A stretch of DNA of 63,526 nucleotides, filler included, from Octopus bimaculoides (GCF_001194135.2; 4 parts of 3 records of this genome joined end to end with filler, not necessarily neighbours in it); one strand, 5' to 3'; counted from the first letter of the whole stretch, positions 40,181 through 52,585 are shown. Notes: generated by a model from the letters alone, not told the origin. Program-made: numbers and translations.

Positions 40181-41239
40181 GAAAGAGAGTGTCTTCTACT
40201 ATAGCCTCGGGCTGACCAAAGCCTTGTGAGTGGATTTGGAAGACAGAAACTGAAAGAAGCCCATTGCATATATATATATATATAGGAAGGATTTTTTAAA
40301 ATCCATGACGTTTATCAAAAAGCTTAATTAATTGTTAAATTGGATGATATGCTTGTTTGATGGTGAGCTGACAGAATCATTAGTGCATCAATCAAATTGC
40401 TTAACAGCATGTTTTCCATCTCTTTATGTTCTGAGTTCAAATGACACTGTGGTCAAATTTGCCTCAAAATTTCAGGCTGCAATTGGTAGATTAACAATGG
40501 AAGAAGCCCGTTGTGTGTGTATATATATATATATGTATATATTCAGTTTAAAAGAAGAAAAGAAAATGGAGATAAGGAAGTTAACAATTGTTATTAAATA
40601 TAGCTTCACGAGGTTAACATATCCTGGTATCTTGGGCAAGTGTCTTCTACTATAGCCTCGGGCTGACCAAAGCCTTGTGAGTGGATTTGGAAGATAGAAA
40701 CCGAAAGAAGCCCATTGTATATATATATATATATATATTGATAGAAAGGACAACAAAAGAAAGAAAGAGACCTCGATATTATGCAAAAAGAGGAATTTAT
40801 CTGTAAAAATAAGTGACTGCTTGACAACTAATGTTTACACCCCTATCCCCCAACCCAGCAGTTCTGCAAACGGGACTCATAGAATAAGTACCAGACTTTA
40901 AAAAAAATAAGTACTGAGGTTGATTTATTCAACTAAAATTCTTCAAGATTGTTCAACTAAAATTCTTTAAGGTGGTGCCCCAGAATGGCTGCAGTCTAAC
41001 GACTGAAGCAAATAGAAGTAGAAGCAAGAAGATAAAATGATTCTATTAAGCACACCAACAATTTTATGTTAATGTCTTTATTGTGAAAGGCAGCGAGCTG
41101 GCAGAAACGTTAGTACCTCGGGTGAAATGCTTAGCGATATTTCATCTGTCTTTACGTTCTGAGTTTCCAAGCAAGGTAATATTTTCCCATGGCCAGACAT
41201 GATTCTCTTGGATTACTGGAAACAAACAACAGTGCTTGT

Positions 41240-41272
<33 letters not shown>

Positions 41273-41519
41273 CACATTTATGACCACCATATGATATCAA
41301 GACAAAGGTGTACACACACACACACACACATGTTCCTTATTAGCTCTTGGGCTGAAGAAAAAATATATTTTGTAGGACTCATGGTTTAATGTTCGGACGT
41401 CTAACTTTATTCTAAATGCCTAACAATGTTCCTATGAACTTGTCACCTTCAAGTAAAAATGTGTGTGTTTGTGTAAGGCATATTTCAAAATTTCTGACCA
41501 AAATCGCTGACCAAACACC

Positions 41520-41720
41520 ATTCAATTTTTTTTCTCCGAGTTTTTCTCCGTATTCTTTCTGTTGAAGAGCATAGCTCGAAACGTTAAAAACTTTCTGTAT
41601 TCCCAAGCGTCAAACTAATACATCCCTTTGTTGTTTANNNNNNNNNNTATTCCCAAGCGTCAAACTAATACATCCCTTTGTTGTTTACACCACCTGTCCT
41701 CGTCTGTTGTTTTTTGTCGT
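41520..41720 (+). mobile_element. Short (TA)n-associated repeat with a hammerhead-like fold
   Basis: CTTT-CTGTTGA-A-GAGC-ATA-GCTC-GAAAC-GTT-AAAA; same family as 2877-2995. Confidence 0.6.
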
Positions 41721-41844
41721 ACATTCTCCCATATATATATATAACACTTATATGTATGTAATAAGTTTTCTGAATCTTCAGATTTTTTTCAATATGCTAG
41801 GCCGCTGGTTTTAAATTGATATTAATCAAATTAATATTCAATTT

Positions 41845-42059
41845 GGTAATTTTTCAGATTAACACAAGCAAGATATTCACTAGGGGGTCAGGGTTAGGGT
41901 TTTAGGGTTAGTGTTAGTGTTTTAGGATTAGGGTTAGGGAATTCCGTCCCTAACCGAAACCGTAACCCTGACCCTAAACACTAACCTTAACCCTAAAACC
42001 CTAACCCTGACCCTAAAACCCTAGTGAAGATCGTGCGGGTGTTAATCTGAAAAATTACC
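41845..42059. mobile_element. Merlin-like MITE with internal telomere-like TTAGGG/CCCTAA repeats
   Basis: TIR GGTAATTTTTCAGATTAACAC; 8-bp TSD TTCAATTT (41837-41844 and 42060-42067). Confidence 0.8.
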
Positions 42060-42181
42060 TTCAATTTTTCACCCTTATTATTTAAATTTATATATATATA
42101 TATATATATACATATACATACACATACATAGTAACTTGTAAGTTCAAATATGCCTCAAACATATAGCGTAAAAGCACCCAC

Positions 42182-42281
42182 NNNNNNNNNNNNNNNNNNN
42201 NNNNNNNNNNNNNNNNNNNNNNNNNTTAATTAATTAANNNNNNNNNNNNNNNNNNNNNNNNNNNNNNNNNNNNNNNNNNNN
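42182..42281. other. Artificial 100-bp spacer
   Basis: 44N-TTAATTAATTAA-44N. Confidence 0.95.
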
Positions 42282-43766
42282 TATATATATATATGTGTGT
42301 GTTTTTGACAGTTAACGTGGCTCTATCATGACAGTTGTTTTAGTTACAATAACAAATTCATATCAAGTCACTTACCAGACAAGTACAACTTAATTTCTCA
42401 CATGTTTTATCTTTTGCATGTGTTCTCATTGTATTAAGACATTTCGCTTTCATTAAAATTATAAACATATTTTCATCATTCAATACTACTTAACTAACAG
42501 CAAATTATTATTATTATTGTCATTGTTCTTCTTCATGACAGTGCTACAAAAAATTTGCCCTGTATAATGTTTTTATGTAAAAACTGTGGTTTGGGCAAGT
42601 GTATTTTTTTTTTCAATAATACAATATCTATATGCTACAATCCTTTCTTATTCCTTGATCTGATAACATTTCTATAGTTTATTCAACAAGACAATGCAAT
42701 ACCATATTTTGCTCACACTAATGATTCCTCACACATTAGTGTGAAGAATCATATAAATGAAATCTTACCAGTAAGATCAACTGGGAGATTAATCCAGTTG
42801 AACAGCCACCTAGGTCTCTAGTTCTGGAGCCTCTTGAATTTTTTTCTGAAATCATTTGTTGTATCAAACATTTAAATTAAGTTTACATTACCTACCCCCT
42901 AGTTTTGGTGGGGGAAAAATTCTATACAGATATGATTTTTCATGCAACTTATGAAAATCATTGCATGAGAAGTTATGAACCTTAACCCTTTCTCATTATA
43001 TATTTCTAATGAAATATACTGACTTTGTTTCTATTAATTTTGAAAATAATGAAGAACTTAGTAAAATAACTGTCATTACTGAGCTGGTATTAGGAGCATA
43101 AATTAACATGAAACCTTATTAGAAAAAAGCGACAAGTTTATACCGTAGAACCAGGGCCAATTTCAGGTAGGTTGGTATCAAAAGGGTTAAAGATCAAAAA
43201 TTTTGATAATTTTAGCCTATTGACAGAATGGAAATCGTAATTGCAATATGTTTCTATAACAACAAATCCAATCAGAACCATTAAGAGTGCTAAAGAAATT
43301 TGAGAAGTTTGCAGGAGCATATGTATGTATCCAATTTGTAATGCAAAATATTTCATCCTTAACCTTCCCTAACTTTATATTCTTTATCACTTTTCCACTG
43401 TTCCTCCTTTTTCTTATCTTCCACTTACCCAATTTTATTTCATTTAATCATAACACATCTGTCTTTGCATTTCCTTCTATTTCTTGTTATTTTCTAAAAA
43501 TCTACATACAAAGAGAAATAACATGTTTGTTCAGTAAAATTTATGCATCCATATCTTATTTTGTTCCTATGTCTGAGTGGAAGATGATTTTCAAAATTTA
43601 CACACGTTAAAATGGTGCTGAGTAAAAGGTTTGAGTAATACTCTAAATGGTTACATAACTCCTAAATAAGAAGCCATTCAAATTGGGAACAGCTCACGGC
43701 ATGACATCTACAATAATTTTCAAGCCAATGAAGCTTTATGTTTTGGGGTTTTCTTTTTCTTTTTAC

Positions 43767-43931
43767 ATGCTGGGTCTGGAGTCAAGGTGCAGTGTCCCCA
43801 GTCTTTGCAAGCTTTCGTAGACTGAAATTAAACTGTTAATTTTTCTTTGGAATATTGCAAGAATTATGTTGTACCTATCAATTTCCTCTCGTAATTTTTC
43901 TAATTGTGCACAGAATGCTATACAAACTTGT
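43767..43931 (-). CDS. Candidate exon of an unidentified coiled-coil protein: (R)QVCIAFCAQLEKLREEIDRYNIILAIFQRKINSLISVYESLQRLGTLHLDSRPS
   Basis: 165-nt open frame between a TTCGTATAG acceptor and a GTAAAA donor (or ending at TAA 43763). Heptad-like pattern; weak recalled resemblance to the CINP central helix. Confidence 0.45.
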
Positions 43932-46849
43932 CTATACGAACATGAAACTTAAAGTAGCTCACATGTAACTTCTATATTCATTAAATGACACATACAAACA
44001 TAAATATATACAACATACATATACACATAATTCCACTTAGCCACAAAGGTACCAATATCCTGTTGCTAGCCTTCTATTTCAATAAAACACAAATTGTACC
44101 AGTTATGTTTTCTTGGTTATTTTCTTAAATGGTGGTCTCATTGTACAGAAAATCTCAGTACATTAGGAGAAAGCCTTGGTTTTGGAGAATCCAAATAAAA
44201 AGTATCCAGTTTTTTTTTTTAAATGGCTAAACCAAATAATATATAAGCAAAATATGTCAGATTGTTCAACCCTCTGGCATTCAGATTACTCTGTTAAATG
44301 TAATGCTTATTTATTCACATTGTTTTGAATTAAGCATGCATTATCCCATAGTTCAAGATTTTGATGATGTGAATGTTTACTTTTAGAATGACATTGCAGG
44401 GTAGATATGAGAGGCCAAATCTAGCTATTTTGAGCACAAAACAGGTAGAATATTTGGGCCAGATATGGCCAGTTTAAATACTAAAGGGTTAAATGAGCAT
44501 AACTCTGTTAGACATGTGACAATGACTACAAATGACAAAGTTATAACACTTAACAAATCCATTGAATGTAGTGCTTAGGAGTATTTCATTTTTATGGAAG
44601 AGTTTATTTAACCTAGGGTACTCTTAGTGTGAAAATTTGATCTATTTTTGTATCACAAAAACTGGCCAAAATTAGGGTACAATATTAAGGAATTTGGTGA
44701 AAAGAGTAAATTCATATCTGATTTTGTTTAGTCATAAATCACTTTTCAATTCTCAAAAATATGTGAATCTTGCTCAAGTGTGTATGGCAGGTTTCTCATA
44801 CATGGATGTGCTGTATTTACTACAAGAAATAGTAACCAAATCTCTGTTCATATCATTACCAACAGGCTTAAAAATGGAAAAGATATATTGGATGATATAG
44901 TTCTTCACCATCATTGTTAAACATTCATGTTCCATGCTGGTAAGGGTTGGATAGTTTAACAGGAACCTACAAGCCAGAAAATTGCATAGAACCTCAATGC
45001 CTGCTTTGGCTCGGTTTCTTTGGCAGGATGCCCTTCCTAATGCCAAAAAATTTACAGAATGTATTGGGTACTTCTTCATAGCACCAGCACAAGTGAAGTT
45101 GTTATGCAGCTTGCAAGACTAAGATTCCTTTCAGCTGAGTAGGGCTATAGTAGAAAGGTATACAGCATTGTGCTGGGAGAGGAGGGGTTAAAATGTTAGA
45201 GAAGGGGATAAACAGAACAGAGATTTTGTTGCAGAGGAACTACATAGCTACCCATATAGCTATAAGAGAAGGGACAAGAACAAAAGAGGTTTATTACTTT
45301 GGAGGAGCTATATGGCTATTCACTATCTTTGAGAAAAGAAAAAATATGATTGCCATATCTAGAACACTTTCAGATAATAGGTCTATTGAATCTGGGTTGA
45401 CAGGGAACTAAACAACATGATTCTAAAGTGATACCAATGACCTCTACTAACCATACTCCTCCATTCCCTTTAGTATTTTTCTGTTTTTGATTTTTTTTTT
45501 TTCCCTTTGGAATAATTACACCCATTAGTTGGTGCATTTCTTCAGATTTACAGTTTGTATAGAACAACCTGTAGATTAAATGAACAGGAATTCTGATTTC
45601 CTTCTCATAACATTCTGTTAGTCAGTTTTCTCACATGGAGTGCTGGCCAAAGTATTTGCCTGGCTTTCTCATGTGTGTGTGTAGTTATACAGGGAGGGGT
45701 GAACAATACAAATTCCTGTTAATGATTTTAAAGCAAAACTTCAATTTGCTTTTTATTTTTTTTTCTGCAAAGAAATGGTTTAATTGATTAATTACAAATT
45801 CTCGGTACATTACTGGTACTTATTTCATTGATGTTTTTGAACAATCAAGAGGCGTGACTTGATCTCTGAACAGTGAACTACTGTAATGTATTTGTTTCTG
45901 AAAGCCTTCAGAAAACAATGACGATCATTTTGTGTCTACATATAAAAAAGACAGAAAGAGGTGAGACTTGTTTCAGAAAGAAGAAGCCCTCAATCAAGAT
46001 TACTAGCTCAACACTCCTTCCACCACCACACTTACAGGCAGTGAATAAAAACTTTACAGATTCCATGTAAGTACATGACAACAACCAGATGAATATGAAG
46101 TGGATAAAGGCATTCACCAATCAGCTGAGGTGGTGGGGGTATATTTAGTGTGTGTATGAATAGGAATATATATTCGTATTCATATTTATATCAGAATACA
46201 TTTTATACTTGTTTAGCCCAAGGAAATGCAGCAGTGTTCAAAGCCCTTCCACATAAGTGTGTTTTTTTATTTAATTCTTCAAATTCATTCAGAAAAAAAG
46301 GACTTGCTTCAAACTAAGAAACAAAACTCTGAAGACAACAGTAAATTGTTGAATTTTAGAAAAATATTACATATCTTCACTTTACTACATCTTTTTATAT
46401 ATTGCCACACCATATTTGTTGAACGACAACATCATTGGTTACAGACTTTCAACTAACAAATCACTGTATTTCTGACGACCTGAGTGACAAGGGATTCTCC
46501 ATACCAGTTTTCTCAACAATATGTGTGTGTAGTAAAACCTACACACACACATCTTATTATGTTCCATAGCCTAAACTTGTTCATCTTTTCAATGTTTAAA
46601 CAAATGTGTAGAGGTGGGAAACTTGGAAAAGTAAGTGGTTTTAATTCTTATGCAGTGATAGTTTTTTTGTTTTATGCTTTCTCTGATATAGCTTAAAAAT
46701 ATATTTAACCTATTCATGCATCATCACTCTATGTTTCCCTATGATGTCAAAACCTAAGCCCAAACCTCAAGATATTTCTCTCTCTTATAGCTGTATGTAC
46801 ATACATAGACTCCACTCTCTCTGTCTTTCAACTCTCTTGCTTGAATTGC

Positions 46850-47650
46850 AGCAACAATGACTTCCAGTTACTTTAGCTCAAAGTCTGTCTCCCTCATTCC
46901 CCCAAATACATCTGACCTTTTAATCATTCTCCAAACTCCTCAAACAATCAGCAACTCTTTGACCATATCTCTTTTTGCATTGAGAACATATCTCACTTCT
47001 CCCTTCTCTGAAGTCATCATTCTCAGTGATTTCAATCTTAACTACTCGTAGTTCTCTCACTCATCTCACATCAATGTTACTGGGGTGCAGAAGCCGAATC
47101 ATTTGCTATTCTCTACTCTTTACACCAACTTGTTTCATCCCTTATTTTTATTCCTGACCAACACACAGACACTCCAAGCACCCTTGATCTCTTTCTCACC
47201 TTAAAACCTAACCTCTAATAAACTGTAACTGTCTCCTCATCTATCAAGTCATTTAATCACTACTGATTCACAATGCTCAATATGCACTATCACATACTAT
47301 ATATCTCTTTCATCCCAGATCCTATATCACTTTAAATCAGCTAACTGGTTACAGCTTTACCAGTTTTAGGTCAATTATTTTTGACAAGTACATGTGCTTT
47401 ACTCCTGACCCATCAGAAACAACTTGACAGGTAACTGAAACCATACTTTTAAGTATGTCCCATCATATCTCCCACACAAGTGATTTACTCATAGCTGTGT
47501 AGTGTTTAAGTAAAAAACAAGACCTTCAATGCCTGAAAAATCTCGTTCACTCCCCAAAAGTGGCTTGCATTCATCCAGCAGCAAACCTTCCTTGAGACTA
47601 TTATCCAGTTTGCAAAAAATGCCCTCATGCATTGCACAGCCCTTAAGCTT
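46850..47650 (+). mobile_element. Degenerate LINE APE-endonuclease remnant (CR1/L2/Jockey-like)
   Basis: SEVIILSDFNL (GDFN motif), PTH...LDLFL-like segment; C-rich, many stops. Confidence 0.55.
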
Positions 47651-48372
47651 TCTTACTTCCTAATCCTTTAGCATTTAAATTGGCCATATATATAGTCCAA
47701 ATGTTCTACTGGTTTTATATTTAAAGTGGCCAGATGTGGCCTCTCACACATACCCTACAATACCTTTCTAAATATAAACAATCACCTCATCAAAATCTTG
47801 AAGCTACAAGATAATGCAAATTGAAATATTATCTTTCAGTATTTTATAAGGTAAAATCTTAAATTATTAACTGATACATTATTAATTAACTTATAACAGC
47901 AATGCCTGGAAAAATCATGGATTACATAGAAAAATGCGAGCATGAAAAGTGACATTCTTAAGATTATAAACCTGGAAAAGTACAGGACAAGTTATTACAC
48001 CTGTAAAAGTATAGGACAAGCTATTATTTCTAGTAAAGTAAAGAATAAGAAACTTTTTACTTAAAATATTGCAGCTAAAATTAAAATTTTAATATTAAAA
48101 CTTATTTTATTATAGTTTACAAATAACACTATACTTATTTAAGAAGAATTTGGCTATGATAATTAAACTCAAATTAAAATCTATCTTACATAAATCAATA
48201 AATATCTAACAAACTACATAGCTTTATAGTCTGACATATGTCATCAATGTTACTGAAAATGAAGTGCTAAATGAAATATGATAGTACAAAAATATATTCG
48301 GAAGTGTGATATATAACATTTCTGATACAAAGCATGCTGTATTCACAAATTAACATTAAAATAAATATATAC

Positions 48373-48440
48373 CTTTCGCCTATCTTATAATCGCCCCACT
48401 CTTTATTCATTTCTTTATTATCATCAGAGTTTTTGTGTTC
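48373..48440 (-). CDS. Candidate exon EHKNSDDNKEMNKEWGDYKIGE(R)
   Basis: TTTATAG acceptor, AAG|GTATAT donor, open frame phase 0 to 2; joins 43931 in frame (AG|A = Arg). Confidence 0.45.
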
Positions 48441-49027
48441 CTATAAATTACTAATGCATAATGAAATGAAGCATACACACACACTCAAACATGTGAATGT
48501 ATCACCAAACAGATAATTTTATGAGTTGCAAAGCTAAAGAAAACTATCAAAAGTTTTTTTAGCTCCACTGAACACTATAGTGGCTTTCCACAGTTGGTTA
48601 GAAACCATCTGGTTTCAAATGGCAAACTAGTCATGAGTTCAAGCTTTACTAGACTAATAATTGCCCTGTGCTTTGTAGGCAAGTTATGTAATTCTGTTAA
48701 TCTTAGTATGGCCTGGATGACAAACAGGTTCTCCACCTACTTCACAGTTGAACAGTTATAACTAAGGCACAAAATCATGGATGTGTGTGTATGTATTTTG
48801 TTATGTATCTGTTTCTAAGGCATTTAGTTCTCAATAATACTCTCAGGTTACCTAGATGTTAGTAGGAATCACTGAGTCTTTTAAAACACTCATGAAAGCA
48901 CTGATTTAAAAATGTCTTGCAAATGGGGTAAGCAAAGCAAAATATTTCAAATCCCTTCAAATTTCACCCCTAAATAGTCTTACCAATTCTCTATCATCCA
49001 GAGTCATCAGATCAGTCGGTATACCAG

Positions 49028-50110
49028 AGTTCTTATTATGCTGACATCAGCATTTTAATTTTCTCTTTTTGCTTGTATTCACCAAGCTGTCACTATTCCT
49101 ACCAAGTCACAGTAACAGCACTGTAAAATGATTTCATCTTTAGTTTGCTGTGCTTTGTTCATCTCCCTTTTCCCATAGATATGATGTACTTTTGTGGAAT
49201 GGAAAGTGAGTGTTGGACTAGCAACCTGTTTCCATAAAACATACACTCACAGCTGGTACAGACTTTAGTGATACAAAAATACTTAAGCTGTGATAGATAC
49301 TTCCAGGCATTTATTAGATAAATGATTTCCTGCCTGCATGTATGTATGTATGTTATTTAGTTTTGTTTCTAGATTTCTTACCAATGGAGAAAGAACCAGT
49401 TCCTAACCTAAATCCAAGATGTTTTCACAGGAATTTCAACAATATCAACAGGCATTTGTGCATATATGAGAGGGTACCCAAAAAGAAACTGGAATTTTGC
49501 AATATTATTTTATTTAGTTTTACATGTTTACACTTTTATCATCTTCAAAGTAATCTCCATTTGAAGCATCGGCCCAGGCACATTTTCCACTAATCAAAGC
49601 AGTGCTGGAACTCTTCCGAGGTGATACCTTTTAACACCTCTGTCGGTTTTTTTTTACCTCTTTCACATCTGCAAATTCCATAACACCAGCTTTCATCACC
49701 AGTGATGACCTTCAGAAAAAAGGTCTTGATCAACTTCCAACTGTTCTTTCAGTTCATGACGGGCATTCAGTCGTGACTACTTTTGATCTTCTGTGAGCAA
49801 GCAAGGCACAAATTTTGCTGCAACTCTTTTCGTTCACAATTCCTCATACAAAATTCATTGGCAGGAGCTCCAGGACACACCAATCATATAAACAATTGCT
49901 TCATCAGAAATTGCCGTCCTAGCTCCTGCTAAAAGGGATTACCCTGCTATGTATAATCAGTTCTTATTATGCTGACATCAGCATTTTAATTTTCTCTTTT
50001 TGCTTGTATTCACCAAGCTGTCACTATTCCTACCAAGTCACAGTAACAGCACTGTAAAATGATTTCATCTTTAGTTTGCTGTGCTTTGTTCATCTCCCTT
50101 TTCCCATAGA
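49028..50110 (+). repeat. 152-bp identical direct repeats (49028-49179, 49959-50110)
   Basis: Read base by base, no differences seen. Confidence 0.9.
49467..49900 (-). mobile_element. Mariner remnant
   Basis: TA|TGAGAGGGTACCCAAAAAG TIR-like end; GDYFE codons on the minus strand. Confidence 0.7.
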
Positions 50111-50330
50111 AAATTAGACAGATGAAATTTACGTACACTTAATAATGTTATGCAAAACAGCCTTCAGACTTTCCCTATTAATTTCATCGTCTTTTGAATT
50201 ATGAACATATTTACATCATAAGGGTTTTTTCGTTGTAAGGCTTTCTTTTTTAGTTGATTTTCACCGAGCAAGACTTATTGTAGATCGCGTAATAAGTCAC
50301 ACCCGGACAACGTCGGGTTATACTGCTAGT
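50111..50330 (+). mobile_element. Helitron 3' end
   Basis: Hairpin ACCCGGACAACGTCGGGT followed by CTAG|T at 50326-50330. Confidence 0.65.
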
Positions 50331-50993
50331 ACAAGTATACTCATACATATAGTTGCATGTCTAGACATGTGCATATGTATTTATAAGCTAAACTTTCAGA
50401 AAGTTTTACATATTTTGGCAGTTTCATTGATGGTGCACACCGTAGTCTTATAATTAGCTTTCTCCTTTCTGGTATGTGTGTGTACATATGTTCCCTTCTA
50501 TTTTTAATTAATTGAAATCCTCCTGTAAGGAAGAAGCTACTTTCTAACAAAAATAAAGTTTCATCATTGGAAGGTACATAACAAAACCAAATTTATATTT
50601 TCCACTTGAGAAAGGTCTTATATATTTTTACTATTCCATTTATAGATTCTTTTTTTTTTTGCCCACAAGGGGCTAAACATAGAGGGGACAAACAAGGACA
50701 GACAAAGGGATTAAGTCGATTACATCGATCCCAGTGCATAACTGGTACTTAATTTATCGACCCCGAAAAGATGAAAGGCAAAGTCGACCTTGGCGGAATT
50801 TGAACTCAGAATGTAAGGGCAGACGAAATACCACTAGGTATTTCGCCTGGCGTGCTAACGTTTCTCCCAGCTCGCCACCTTAGATTTATAGATTTCCATT
50901 TATAGATTCTCTTTGTAATAAGTGTGTTAGCTGGTTGATTTCTTTTTCTGAAAACCATGATTTTTCCAGATTATAACTTGTATATTTACTCAC

Positions 50994-51040
50994 AAAATCA
51001 AGTGTACCAACTATTATTTGTATAAATGAGAATTTATGAT
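50994..51040 (-). CDS. Candidate exon (D)HKFSFIQIIVGTLDF
   Basis: TTTTATTCCCAG acceptor, TTT|GTGAGT donor, phase 1 to 0; compatible with the 48440 exon. Confidence 0.3.
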
Positions 51041-51189
51041 CTGGGAATAAAAATTGATGGTTTTGAAGCATCTACCCATATTTATTCCCATTCTCTTTGA
51101 TTTTTAAAGAGGTATCCACATCAGCAGGGGTAGATGATGCCTATGACAGTACGTACTTTTCCATGTCTGTTTCAAACAATGATATACAA

Positions 51190-51221
<32 letters not shown>

Positions 51222-52011
51222 ATGCATAGGCAGAAAAATATTTGTGACAGTGAATTAGCACATTGCAAGACCAACCTGGAAATAATGGACCTATTTCTTG
51301 TTAGAACATCTATCTTGAAGAAGGATGCTCTGATATAAAACCTGAGGGTAATTCAGCTTCTGACTGTCTTGGCTAATGCTTGATCACCAAGAAGAAAGCT
51401 GTTCTATCAGAAAAGTGGCTGCAGTTCTGTGCACACTTCACTCATTATAATCAATGTGATACACAGGAATTTCTTGAGAAATATACTATGGGAAAAATAG
51501 TTCTACAGTGATGGAGAGTCATGGAAACATAGGCTTGTCTAACTGGAAGTACGTAACTGCAAAACCTGCAAGCTTACATGTGGGTAGCTCAGGAGATTCA
51601 GCAGTACCATTAGAAAGATAGCACTGCTCAGTTGTTAATCAGGATGGATCTACAAAGAATGGGCTGAAGAAAGCTTGCCTAATTGAGGAACTCACCAGCA
51701 ACCCAATAACTAGCAGTTGCCTAGTCTTCGTGGTCTCCCATAATAACATTCAGAAAACGTACAACTTTCCAAGAAGTGGTCATACTTGAACAAGTTGTAT
51801 GTTTGTATATACATATAATACATACACACACATGGGAATCAAAAATTTTTTAAATATATAACATCCAAATTAAAAAACATATAGTAGAAACAGTTTAATA
51901 TGTATTGTGAATTATATACATCTGGGAGGATTATTCAATAGTTTTATTAATATTACAATGTGATGCACATACTAGTCTATAAGGTAGCGAGTAGATCAAC
52001 TTTATATATAT

Positions 52012-52111
52012 NNNNNNNNNNNNNNNNNNNNNNNNNNNNNNNNNNNNNNNNNNNNTTAATTAATTAANNNNNNNNNNNNNNNNNNNNNNNNNNNNNNNNN
52101 NNNNNNNNNNN
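52012..52111. other. Artificial 100-bp spacer
   Basis: 44N-TTAATTAATTAA-44N. Confidence 0.95.
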
Positions 52112-52497
52112 GCATGCGTATCCCTCAATGTGTGTCTATGTTTTGTAAGTGCATGTGTGTGTATGGGGAGTGCCTGTATTATCTATATCCTCTGTTAATA
52201 CATGTTCGCTTATTTTTGTTTTTATTTATTTATTTGTTCATGTGTTTATACCTACTTTTTTGTATTTAATTTAATTTTGCTAAGGTATGTAGTATTTAAT
52301 TCCATTTGTTTATCTATGTATTGTATTATATTTTGTTTATATTGTTATCGGTTTATGGGGAATTTATTGTCATATGTTGTGGTTTGTTGGGGGTGTGTGT
52401 TAGTGTTTCATTGCAGTTTCCTATTCAGGCTAAGTTTATCTTCTATTATGCGTGTAGCTTCTGTAATTTGTCTAAGTGCTGCGTCTGTGCTGTGTCA

Positions 52498-52549
52498 ATA
52501 AGATTTTAATTTCTATGTTCACTCAAAAACATAGAAATTAAAATCTTAT
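52498..52549. repeat. Perfect 22-bp inverted repeat with an 8-nt loop
   Basis: ATAAGATTTTAATTTCTATGTT-CACTCAAA-AACATAGAAATTAAAATCTTAT. Confidence 0.95.
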
Positions 52550-52552
52550 CTA

Positions 52553-52585
<33 letters not shown>

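Noticed and set aside
41598-41687. About 40-bp direct repeat around a 10-N gap
   Set aside because: Unmerged contig overlap.
41881-42025. True telomere or chromosome-fusion site near a block end
   Set aside because: The repeats are enclosed by TIRs and a TSD, and the same element recurs twice more.
42713-42744. 11-bp inverted repeat
   Set aside because: Short, with no other support.
44694-44900. Plus-strand ORF with a faint resemblance to C1orf109
   Set aside because: Very short match, no splice support, opposite strand to the candidate gene.
46320-49920. Other CTGANGA matches (46329, 46472, 48421, 49005, 49900; also 13658, 33555, 35252)
   Set aside because: No helix II followed by GAAA and no helix I; expected by chance.
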